From NCBI GenBank assembly GCA_000708835.1, contig DF236973.1:1-64000 (forward strand): a DNA stretch of 64,000 bases. The letters run 5' to 3'. This DNA comes from Klebsormidium nitens. Taxonomy: Eukaryota > Plantae > Klebsormidiophyceae. Numbering within the stretch: the stretch's first letter is position 1; each line of letters starts with the position of its first letter. The translations under genes were made by a program, and so were the position numbers. Below are positions 13,701 to 25,098 of this stretch, piece by piece. The notes beneath the pieces are model-generated. The model made no database searches, was not told the DNA's origin, and worked only from the letters and a program-made list of their open reading frames with translations.

Positions 13701-16324
13701 TAGTAGGGACGACGCTGAACTTCTGTAACACAGTCTTATAGAATCATAAGAGGTCACAAGCTGGGGGCCGCAGTAGACCCCTTGATTAAGCTCCTCGAAC
13801 GAACTTGCGAGCTCCCAGATACCTTCTGTAATTCTGCCTCTCAAAAAGTTTGAGGTCAGATACGAGCACTACGACAACTTATTCCCTCACCTGAACCTTC
13901 GTGACTTCAGCAGCATCCACCACCTGCAACAGGTCCGGCGGCGTCTCTTTCGCTTTCGGGGGGGTCACTTCCTTGACTGGCGCCTTGGGGGTGATGGGGA
14001 AAGCGAGCCCCCTAGGCAGTCCCGGGGCGACTGTTTGGAAAGGACCCCCCTGGAACAGTTCGTGGAGCCACGTGCCGTCAACTGCCCCCTTGGGAAGGGG
14101 TCGAAGCACCCCCCCGTCAACAGCGTTAGAAAGATCGAACCCCCCCGGAAGAAAAGGGTGGTTGCGGGTGCTGCCGCGCACAAAGTCCTCTGGCAGACCA
14201 GGGCGGCGCAGGAGGGAGGAGGAGCTGACTGCGTCAACGGAGGGGTCTTCCAGGGGGACCTGAAGGAGTGGGATTGGAACCCCTGTTACGATCCAGATAC
14301 TTCCGTGGATCGGCAAAACTAATGTTACAAAGGCCAGGGGAATCGAGTGAGAAACGGGAAAGGAAAAGAAATGGAAGCCAGTAGAGCATGGGCTTCAGAC
14401 TGGTGTACAAGGCAATCAGCAGAAGTGACGATTGCATGTGCAAGCAAATGTTGTCGTTTTTATTAATTGTCACCTAGATCAGGCTGCTTGAAGAGGTAGT
14501 CGAGTTGAGAAGGTATTGGAGTCGATCTTAAAAATGTGGTTTGAAACCAACTGTACTGCCCAAGAAACACCTCACGGTTCGACTTCGAATCAATTACTGG
14601 AATAGTGGTTGAGAAGGAATTGCGTGAAGGACTGGACATGAGGGCCTGGGGCGAATTATAGAGCTCCTGAGTTTGTGACCAGTTCGACTACTAAGGGAAG
14701 CACGAAGGAAACCAAACGAGTGGGAGATCACATCCCGGCTGTAATTGACTCCATGGCGCCGATGAAGGCTTCTGGAAGCGATCGCACACTCCCCAGATCT
14801 GAGACTCCCACCAGTGCCACCGCTGAGCCCAACACAAGTAAGTAGGAAGATTGTTGCTCCTTCAACCTCGCACCAGTGAGCTTTTTCGCACCGACAGGCC
14901 ACATCAAAAGTCCACTCCCCCACCTCACGAAATGCTAAATCTTCATCGCCAATCTCCAACACCCTATCGTCTTCCGTTCCCTGAGCTGTCTGCCGAGGCC
15001 CCCCCCACACCGGTTCAAGCGCAGTGGTGGGGGTAGTGGGCCCCAGTAACGCCATGCTGCCCCGCCAGTCGACCTCCCAATGTGCTCCCTCCCCCGATGC
15101 ATCGTTGCTCAATGCCACCAACAGCGCCTCTTCCTCCACTCGCTTGCACAGGGCCTCCACACTTGGTTCTGGCAACAGGGGCTCCTGGGGGAAACCACGG
15201 GGCCTTGTTTGGACGTCAGATTGACTTGGTGTGAGATTGATACTCATCTGGCAGTTCTGCATGGGCGTTGAAGTTTTCAAAAGATCGACTCATTTCGGGA
15301 CACGACAGAAGTACATCTACAGTAGCATGGGCTGGCGATGATAGCGCCTTGTACATGTTGGAGATCAGAACATCCATCTACTGAGACGATGTATTGACGA
15401 CAATACGATGGTGGTGGGCAAAGAATACGAATTCAGAGGAATGAAAGTAAGCGGAGAGTAAGAGTAGCGGAAAGTGTGGTGGCGCATGAGTAGCTAAGCC
15501 AATGATACAGAAGGAACGGCGACAGAGGAGACGACACAGAATGAGTAGGATTGGTGAGAAGGAGTGGTGGTGGTGGCGATCATAAGAAAGGCCTTCAAGA
15601 TGGTGTTAGAAAGGCTCACAGGAATCCATGGCAGGAGAGGCGACTCTGCATTTGGGCGTGCCACGGGCGGTAGCCCATGCACCACCAGGTTTCCGCTGTA
15701 CCCCCCCAGGGACAGCTCAAAAGGAAGCCGGCCGCCTGCACTCGGTGGGAGGTAGATTTCAGGCGGCGGGAGAAAGGTATCAAGTGCAAAAATCAACTTA
15801 AGGGGAAACTTTGAATCTTCAGCAGGGGGCTAAGAGAAGAGGGCGCCGCAACTATTCGCCTCAGGCGGTGGGAGAAAATTTGGGTGCAGCAAGCAACTTC
15901 AACCGGAGAGTGTGAATCTTCAGCAATGAAGAGTAGGTAAGGGAGCACTGCACCTGTCTCCATGGCCCCTGGGTGCGGGTGTGGTGTTGGTCAATCAATG
16001 CAGGAAAGCAGCATTGCGTCAGCAAGTGGCACTGCGATGGTGCAGGAGACAGTTGAGTCTGCCGCTCCTCATTTTGTGGGGGCTCTGATGAGGGGATCCT
16101 ACGCCTGTTTGCGGAATTTACACAGCTCAGCTGCTCACGACATGCTGAAGAGCTAGTCAGAAGCCTTGCATGGTTTTGCAATCTGCTGATCAACTTCCTG
16201 CAGGTGTGGCAAAATCTGGGGGACTTGACACCGCGCGCGCCAACGCGTTTAAAACCGTCTTTGACCCTAAGTAAGAAGTTCGAGTTGCGGCCGCGCCCGC
16301 CGCATGTTCGGACTCACCGTCCAT
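1713..16324 (-). CDS. SKI2: SKI2-type DExH-box RNA helicase (cytoplasmic exosome cofactor), about 20+ exons
   Basis: Spliced minus-strand exons give [39 protein letters not shown] (motif I), [35 protein letters not shown] (motif II), LLSATVPN (motif III), [37 protein letters not shown] (motif VI) and a C-terminal DSHCT-like [44 protein letters not shown]. Junction-checked exons include 1713-1934, 2278-2404, 2865-3103, 7578-7742, 9929-10107 and 15620-15735. There is an RGG-rich insert near 8700-8860. The start is ambiguous between ATG 16324 (MD|G, strong GTGAGT donor) and ATG 15963 (MET|G). Not all internal exon borders were verified. Confidence 0.93.
7708..8210 (-). repeat. Four tandem copies (~150-bp period) of a SKI2 3' splice site plus exon start; three are intronic decoys
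   Basis: CAG|GTGCTGCGCATCCAGGAGCTGCTGCAGCGCGGC at the true exon (first base 7742) recurs at 7888, 8055 and 8204. Shared spacer sequence GAAAGATAAGTT(T/C)GCCGAAGT lies at ~7916 and ~8066. Confidence 0.9.
9333..9624. repeat. Degenerate 144-bp tandem duplication within a SKI2 intron
   Basis: GTTTGTGGTTTGAAAGG..CCTAAGATGGGTGCT..GAGAGCATC starts at 9333 and again at 9477. Confidence 0.85.
10077..10398 (-). repeat. Degenerate intronic duplicates of the DEVH-motif exon start of SKI2
   Basis: The true exon start at 10107 ([11 protein letters not shown]) is echoed at 10262 ([14 protein letters not shown] acceptor) and 10394 (VNVDEVH, TAG acceptor). Confidence 0.85.
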
Positions 16325-17325
16325 CGCGCTAAGGGCGGCCGCGAGAGCTCATAGGATGACGTCGCAGTTCCCGGAGTGAATGCTACTTGACGCCGCACGC
16401 GTCGATGGTCAGTCCCATCATCTCTGATGACCGTCGATTATGGAGAAGGAGTCAGGACCACCTTAAGACCGTACATTTCAATATGTTGACATATCTTCGT
16501 ACGGTTCAGCCGGGCAGATTGCAGCTTTGACACAGGACAAGCTCCTTGAAATACGACATATGTATACAGCCCACAACGGCTGTGTCAATGCTCCGTGAAG
16601 TTGAGCGCGTCGGAGACTACCCCGATTGCGTTCCCCCTGCCCTAGTTGCCCAACATGTGTATCATCGACGGATCACAATCAGACAAATCTCGCATCGACG
16701 GCCAGAGAAGACAGGAACTGATGGCATGTGCATTAAATGTCAGTGTGCACAGTGCTCTGACTGCTTTCACGTGACCCGCGTGCCCATTGGAACAACCGTC
16801 GTGGAAACATGGCCGGAACGGCCAGGGGGGATGGATCTGAATTCTGCACCGGGACGATGGCGGCACCTCATGAATGCAGCCAGCTCCAGTTCCAGGCATG
16901 TACCAAGCTGTCCAAACCACATAAAGCCCAGGCTCTTCATGGTGGACTCTGACAAGCCCAAGAAGTGGTGCTGATGCTGCTGCTGGATTCGCATTTGTAG
17001 GGCACCTTGCCAGGTTCAGTTTACCTTCAAACTTCGCTCTATTGCATTGGTGGCAGGTGCTTTAGAGAGCCCCAAATGTGCATGTACTAGCCCTGCTGTG
17101 GATCCATATGCCTCTGGAGTTTGTAGCTCCTTCGCTGAGGACCCTTTTGATGCTCCTGTTGATATCCCACATTGATATCTTTCGAGTGAGCTCACTTCTC
17201 ATCATTCAGGAAACAAACCTCTTTGGCTAAGTGGGAGAAGAGTCTGATTTGGAGCTGCTTGGCATATCTCAGCTCTAGGACGCTGGTTTCTGCGCTGTGC
17301 GCTGACCTCAGCTCGCACGCGCACC

Positions 17326-20300
17326 ATGGCGCCCAACTCCGAACCACAGGGCGTTCCCTTGGGGAACTACAAGGAGTCGCCGAATGCTGGCCTCGATGAT
17401 CCCCTGATCCTCAAGGTTGGCTACCCGCCAAAGAGGACGTTCAAGGAGGAGGTCACAGAATTTGTGGAGCAGGTCCACCCCCTGAAGAAGTACCAGAAGA
17501 AGGGACGAAGGTTGTCGCAGCAGGACAAGCTCAAGCTGGCGGCATTCTATGTCGCGCCCTGGCTGGAGTGGGTCACGTCGTACAAGCTGGAGTATCTGCG
17601 TGGGGATATCGTCGGCGGACTCACGATTGCAGTGATGGCTGTGCCCCAGGTGCGTGTGTAATGCTGGCACATAGTAAAAGCTGCGCGTATTCTAGTGCAC
17701 CAGATTCTTTGCAATCACGACTTGGCTTGTCTTCTAAAGTTTCTACTTGGGAATTTGGAGCTGGCCACTCGTCTCGGATTCCATGAGTTGCTCAGAGCTT
17801 GATGTAGATTGATGTGCAGTGATCTCAGAGCAAGGGCTAGATGTAACTTACTAGCTTACACTTCTCGCTACTACTCGTTGTTGTGCTTGTGCTTGTGCTT
17901 GTGCTCAAGCCCCTTTTGGCAGAGCACAGTTCATGACTCAAGGCATCTGAACCTGACCCCTTTCTGCCACGCTTAAAAGCATGCCCTTGGATTCGCTTTC
18001 TGCACACATAAGTAGTGAGACCTTGTTTCTGTCTACTGCAGGATCTAGCCTATGCTGCACTGGCGAAGTTGCCGCCCGTCAACGGACTCTGTAAGTGCTT
18101 TGCATCTCTACTCACATCAGCATTCACAAGCTTTGTACCTTGTACCTCTAACGCCTTGCAGTCTCGGGTTTCTTACATCTTATTTGAAACTCAAGAATTT
18201 CAAAACAGCACCTTCAATGGGCGCCTGGTCAATTATGATAAGCAAAGAGGTCTTGAGTCACATCATTACTATCCCCCCTATGGGACCTCAAAGGTCAACC
18301 AAGTACCGCGCCTGGAGCTTCAGTTCAGGAGGGACCTTTCTGCACTTGGCTTCTCTTATGACCTCTTCATCAAGAAGGGGGCCTGCTGTCTAAACATAAA
18401 CCTTCTGAACTTCCCTCTCAGACAGTTGAGGTTCATTCAAAAGATCACCTGGAATTCTAGCTGTGGTGTACTTGTGAATCTGGTCTGTAAGTCATCCTGG
18501 TCGTTTTTTTGTGGGTACAATTGCCGACACGCATCCAGCCTTTCCCAACCCCCAGCACCAGTGCATCATGCACCCCACACCCCAACTCTTCCCCCCTTCC
18601 TGGAGTTGCTAAACTAAACTGTTTTCCCCCCTCTTGCAGACACCAGTGTGTACCCCCCCCTCATCTACGCATGGTTTGGCAGTTCCCGCCACATTGCGGT
18701 GGGGCCTGTGGCTGTGGTGTCTCTCCTAGTGGGGAGTCTTCTGCCCAAGAGGATCGATCCCAAGGCCTTCCCCACTCAGTACCTGGAACTGAGCTTCCTT
18801 AACACATTCTTCGTCGGGATCATCCAAACAGCCCTGGGCTTTCTCCAGTAAGTGTTTTGCTTGTTGGAACAAGTGGCTTAGTAGAGAGCACATGTCAAAA
18901 TGTTGGTCGTGGTGATGGAAAGGGACTGCTGAGGGGTCCTGAACAAGATTGCTGTGGAAATTGTTCCTTTCAAGTGAGAACTTGAATTTATCTGCATGTG
19001 TTTCTGATAGCACTTCGTGCGGCTAATCACCACAGTTCGTTAGAAGGTTTTCTCGGAACATCTCGACTAAAAGTCAGAGCTTGCTTTTCCCAAATTCCTG
19101 CCTAGTGAGACACTTCTTTCTGCTCCAGATAGGTCATTCAATTTTCTGGATAAGGCCACTGGTTTTCCAACTTTTGAGAGCCTGCCTTTGAAACCCTGCC
19201 TATTGAGACACGCGTTGTCTACCCCAGATAGGGCACTCATGCCGCTGAGACGGGTCACTGATTTTCCACTTTTCCAGGCAGGTATTTCGATACCTTCAAA
19301 GTTTTCAGTCACAGTGCATCCTCCTTGCTTCAAGGGTTTCTAGTTCACTGGCAGAACTTAGCGAATACTGGCTTCGAATCTCCCTCTCTTTGACGGACGT
19401 ACCTTCCTCGTCGTCGAACATTTCTCCTCGTTGAACTTGTCACCATAGCTTTCAACTCTCAGATGCCTTCGGTTCACTCACTAAACTTCCTTACTAATGC
19501 ATCTCTCAGGCTGGGTTTCGTCATCGAGTTCCTGAGCCACTCTACGATCGTCGGTTTCATGGCGGGCGCAGCAGTGACGATCGGAATGTCGCAGCTGAAG
19601 AACTGGTTCGGCTACGTCACGTTTACCAACAAGACCAACATCCAGTCCGTGATTGGCTCTATCGCGGATCACCCGGAGCAGTTCAACTGGCAGACCTTCT
19701 GCATCGGCCTCACCTTTTTGGTCCTCATCCTGTTCTTCAAGCAAGTGGTACGGAGTCTGCTTTCGCCTGCTTTTTCCCTTTCGATTTCATCTTTAAATTC
19801 GGCTTGCCTTACATTCAACGTCACATCATTTGTCAGACGTTGGTACTTGTCCGACTGCTGTGTGGATGTTTGTAGTCCGGATGGTGAAGCTCTTCTCTGT
19901 GGGTTTGATCCCATTCAATTCCCCCAAAAGAACCCTCTGCTAAAGCGAACAAAATGTCGGTCCTTTGGAAGCTTTTTCTTTTCAAAAAGGGACAACTTCT
20001 CTTGGGTATCCAGGTCCTATCATACATGCCTGCAAAAGCGTCATACACCAACAGGCCATTTTCCTCGCTGGCCTGGTTTCGCACCTTGATATCGTCGTTT
20101 GAATACCCTTCCATTACGTATGACACTTTGGATCCGTTCTTGCAGGGTACCCGGTTCCGCCCCCTCTGGTGGATCTCCCCATTGGGCCCTCTGGTTTCTG
20201 TCATCGCATCGATCCTGTTTGTCTACCTCACGCGTGTGGACAAGGACGGCGTACGCATTGTGAGTGTTTGCCCCTATGCTAGATTGACATATTCCCAGGT

Positions 20301-23300
20301 CTGGCACCTTCAAGTAGTTCCTCGAAGATGTTTAGTATGCAGGTTCGTTGATATTGCAGGAACGATGCGAAAGTAGTGTGCCAAAATTAGCCTGCCAATC
20401 TGGCTTAAGATTCTGAAGAGCAAAGTTTTTGGCAGCATGGTGAAGCTGAGTAGAGTCGTCACTTGCCCAATGAACGTGTTGTCGGTTTGATTGCATTTAC
20501 ATACGCTTCGCTGTTCAGCTCGGCGGATCGTAGTGTGACAAGCGACAATTCCATGCTCTTTTTGTGGCTGACTTTTGGATCAACCGGACTCCTGCGAAAG
20601 GGTAAAAAACAAAAGTAGATAAAAACAGGTCTCTTCTTTCAAAGATACAACGCTTCTACTAATCATCATGCACCCACCCTGACCAAAGCACTTTTCCGGA
20701 CACCCGCAAATGGTATCGTTTCAAACGCTTTCAGGTCAAGAAGGTTCCGACGGGCATGCCTCCCTCGTCCGTCCACCGGCTTCACTTCGGCGACACAAGC
20801 AAGGTTTTCGCTGACGCCCTCATCTGCGCATTTATCGCCCTCACGGAGGCCATCTCGATCGGCACCACTTTTGCCACCAAGAACGGCTACCACATCAACG
20901 GGAACCAGGAGGTGAGTCGATCTCATCGCCGCCCTTTCGTCTGGCGTGTATTTTTGTCTGTTCATAGCAGCTGCGGCTCAGGTGTTCATCAATAACTTGT
21001 TCAAACCACACGAATCATTGTAATCTGAGGTTTTACCATTAACTTCGCATCGTGTCTGGACTTGGTCCGGACCGAATGGCTCGGTTTCCTGTAAGCGAAT
21101 ATCTTGTGCGCGGCTATCTTGTGCCTTTCCTGCTTCGGAGTTGTCTGCTGGCAAATGTTCGTTCCTTTATGTTTCTTGACTGAGTCCCTCTCCGTGCAGG
21201 GGTAAACGACAACCTTCTCCTTAAAAATTCTAGGTTGCGACCTACGTCTATCTGACCGAGTCGCTCCTGCTTGCAGATGTTCGCTTTCGGCCTCAGCAAT
21301 CTCGTCGCCTCCATAACCTCCGGCTACGTTGCAACAGGTATGTCGACCCGGCTCTTACATATTTCCACGTTCGTTCGCAATTTGATGACAACTCTGGGAC
21401 CACCGCTCTGGATATTCCAATATGCGCAGTTGGTTCTACCACCCACTTGGTGCTCAGTAGCTGCGCAGATGGCACCTAGGCTTCCCGCCAATTGCCTTCT
21501 TATCCATTAGTCCGAGATAACTCTTCTCCGCTGAAAAGGTCGAGTGCTTTCTTTTGTTTTCCTTCCATCGTTTTGGTCTTTCCTATCCCTGAGGGTGTAC
21601 TGTTTCTCATACGACCAGTCCCGGCTGGAAAGCTACTGGATGCAATGTGTCAAGATATACTTTATAGCTCCCTGAAATAGCAGTAATATATTTCACCCTA
21701 GAAAAGCTGTTTATACCGACGCCTAGCCCCCTACTTGCAGGCTCCTTCTCGCGGTCCTCGGTGAACAACTACTGCGGCTCCAACACGCAGCTGACCGGTG
21801 TCATCATGCCCGCGTTCATTATCCTGGTCATCCTGTGCATTACGCCCTCCTTCTACTACCTGCCTCAGGTCAGCTGCAGTCAAGCACTTGCACCATTTGG
21901 CCGCCAATCGCAAGTTCACAATAGACAAGTCAAAGTCCTGTTGTCAAAGTCCTGTACATTGCACCGCATGCAAACACATGCACGAGCTGGGGATGAAGCG
22001 TTCCAAGCGTTTCGTAAGATTCTGGACAGGAAATTCTACCGCACTGCAAACGGTTGGTTTCTGGCCTCCACTTTCACCGATGTTGCGTTCCATCCAACAT
22101 ACCCGGCTGCAAGATACTGTTCTGCATGATGCTCTCGTCATCGTTGACTCCCTTTTGGTCACTTTCCTCCGCTTGCTTGGGTCGTCCATGCATTACATCT
22201 GCGGCACGGTTGGGACATTTGGCATGATTCGGACCCTCTGCATCCTTCGACGAATCTTTGATGAATTTTGGACTTAGCCGGAGGCGAGCAGCCATACATT
22301 TGAGCGCGGGAGGCTCTAACCAGATTCATAGGTCTTAATTGATATATCGTCTGACTAAGCGCCCCGGGGGACGAGTAGGGTTGGGTCGGGAGTTGAGGTG
22401 GGTACGGGTGTGTAGAGAATGTAGTTGTTGGTTTAGATTTCTTAGGCCCCCGAGCACTAACTTAGTCAACAGTGTTTCTCTCAACATGAAACCGAGAAGT
22501 AAGTACAAGAAATTCTACGACAGCGGTTCTTACACTGCTTCATACTCGCCACGTGGCAGCTTCTCAACCCTGACGCTTTGCCTGCAGTGCGTCCTGTCCG
22601 TGATCATCATCAGCGCCCTGTTTGGGCTCTTCGACTACAAGGCGGCGTGGCTCATTTGGAAGACGGACAAGCTCGACTTCTGCTGCCTGCTGGGCGCCTT
22701 CTTCGGTGTCGTCTTCAAGTCGGTCGAGATCGGCATCCTCATCGCCGTCGCCATCTCCGTGGCCAAGCTCATCTTCCAAGTCACTCGGCCCCACACAGGT
22801 AAGCTCTTTTCAGCTTATCTCAAACTCTTTCTCCCTGTTGCTACTCAACAAAAGTCCACGATATTCAGGAAGGTTGTCTTGACATCTTGAGAGTGAGGTA
22901 GGGATCAATGGAACTCTCCCACGGCCACCGTCTGCCGGTCCACGCTGCAGAATTTAAGGCTCACCTTCCTTGCTGTTCGGCTTTTGCGTCCGTGCCGTTC
23001 AGTCTTCGCGTCCGTTCTCGTTCCCATATTCTGACGCTAGTTCACAACCCCTCCTCACCCCCCCGGTCATCGCTCCTCGTGCAGCCATCCTGGGGCGCAT
23101 TCCTGGGACCACGATCTACCGGTCCACAGTACAGTACCCCGAGGCGTCTGCTCCGAGCGGCATCCTCATCTGGCGTATCGACGCGCCCATTTATTTTGCC
23201 AACGCGCGCTACCTCAAGTCGCAAGCTCTGCGCCTTGTAGACAATCAGACCGCCGATGAGGAGGAGGCCGGCTTAAAGTCGAACCGCCTGCAGTTCTTTG

Positions 23301-23874
23301 TCATGGACTTGGGCCCCGTTCTGAACGTCGACGTTTCGGCGGCGCTGATCCTGGGGGAGCTCCACCGGGATTTGCTCAAGCGGGGGGTGCGGGTGAGTGG
23401 GCTTCGACCCCCTGGAATCATGCCTAGGATTCCGTGTTGCCTGAACGTGCATTAAGTAACACAATGTAAGAGGCAGGCTGAACAATAAACAAGTCGATAC
23501 AATGCTTTTTAATTCATATTGCTGAATGTTTGAAAACGTTCCATATCGGTTCAGGAGGTAGTCAAAACGGTTGGGCAGAGCTTTCCGAGGGCGTGTGCAT
23601 TCTAACAATGCCTGCAAGTCGTTAAGATGCGTAGACTCAGCCCGCCCCTTTTGTCAGGCCGTAAAACGTGCGAGTTCTGGTTGTTGCTAACCCTCGTGTT
23701 CCTCCCTCGCAGTTGGTGCTCTCCAACCCGAACACGAGCACACTGTACCGTTTGGACGGGACGGGCGTCCTAGACGCGGTGGGCCGGGACTGGGTCTTTG
23801 TCCGGACGCACGAGGCGGTCAAGGTTTGCCAGGCCCTGGTCGATAGCAACGGTGATACACGGCATGCGCAGTAA
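17326..23874 (+). CDS. SULTR: H+/sulfate transporter, SULTR/SLC26 family with C-terminal STAS domain (659 aa, 11 exons)
   Basis: Exons 17326-17649, 18042-18090, 18640-18847, 19510-19747, 20146-20259, 20735-20911, 21277-21337, 21741-21868, 22588-22798, 23085-23392, 23713-23874 are all GT-AG and sum to 1980 nt in frame. Signature segments are [77 protein letters not shown] and the STAS region GILIWRIDAPIYFANA..VMDLGPVLNVDVSA. Confidence 0.95.
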
Positions 23875-25098
23875 GCGGTAAAGATGTTGGTTGCAATCCC
23901 AGAGTAAAACTTTATTGCGTCGAGACGGGCGCAGGTGCAGTTGTGGGCGGCTTGGGTGCCGCCTTGTAATTCGTAAAAGAGGAAGCGGGACGGATCTCGG
24001 GGAAGCTTCGTTTGGGGGATCCCTCTCGTGAGGTACGATTGAATAGATGTTCGGACGTTGTGTGTCTCATCCTAGTCCGGATTTGCAAATGTGTCTCTAC
24101 GAATTAAGAGTCGTGTAGATGCTACGAACACAACACGGACTGAGCTCCATAGGAGCAAGAAGCAGACGAGATCTGCTTTAGTACGTGATGATTTCAAAAC
24201 AAGCCAAGATTCAGTCTGCCGACCAGCCTGTACATGCTACCTGAACATTGGCAATCCAGTTGAAAAATTTCGAGTTGTTTCTCCTGAATCCTACAGCCAA
24301 AATTGCCGGCCAGTCAGGAACACGCCTGACGATACTTAGCGGCATCATCCTTCTTTTATGGAAATGATCCAAATTACTTTCTAATCACATTTGCAGTTCG
24401 TCTTTCTGCACTCCACGCAAGAAAACTTTTGTCCTTCGCGTGAAGTTGCGCATGCACTGAGCGGCATCATGGCATGGAAATTTAAATCAGGAGGGCATCC
24501 GGTCGATCTTGACATGGTGTTAATATGCATATCAGTAGTCGAGTCATTTAGGTCACAAAAGGGCCGGTGCGTTTATATGGCCCGGCCATGCACACATGTG
24601 CGGCCGGCCCGCGCAATCATGCATATGCAACTTATATCAGGCCACATTTAATTAAGAACACGTGCTAGTGCCGGCACATGCACTTCGTACAGATATTAGC
24701 TCAGTGCGCTGCATGAAGCCGTGGCTTCTAGGTTGATATTAATCAACCATCCATGTGAGATCGCTCATTCCGACAGCACATAACTTGAAGCTGACCGCGC
24801 GGCATAAGCTCGCAATGGCTGGCCCGGGCCCAAGCAACGAAGCTACAAAGTTGCTCTGGTCGAGCCGGCCGGACCTCAGCATGCCGCGCTTGGTTGAAGT
24901 GGTGCAGCAACAATCTGGATTCATCAGCTTAGCGCGATGTGGCGGGCTCAAAATAGGAATGGTCTGACTAAGAGCGATGGGTCGGCATGCGGTCGACCGG
25001 GCTTGACCTTTGTACCTGCGGCTTGCAACTAACCTCTTGAACCATGCCGGGCTTTTTGAGGGATACTTCTGTCGACAGTTTTAAGTCCTGCTTCTCCG

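Noticed and set aside
14570-14595. GGTTCGA resembling a tRNA T-loop
   Set aside because: No cloverleaf stems in the flanking sequence, and it lies in a SKI2 intron.
16546-16974. 142-aa ORF between SKI2 and SULTR
   Set aside because: No recognisable domain or coding bias; probably promoter or 5' UTR sequence.
24755-24967. 70-aa ORF downstream of the RY motif cluster
   Set aside because: No recognisable homology, codon bias or splice structure.
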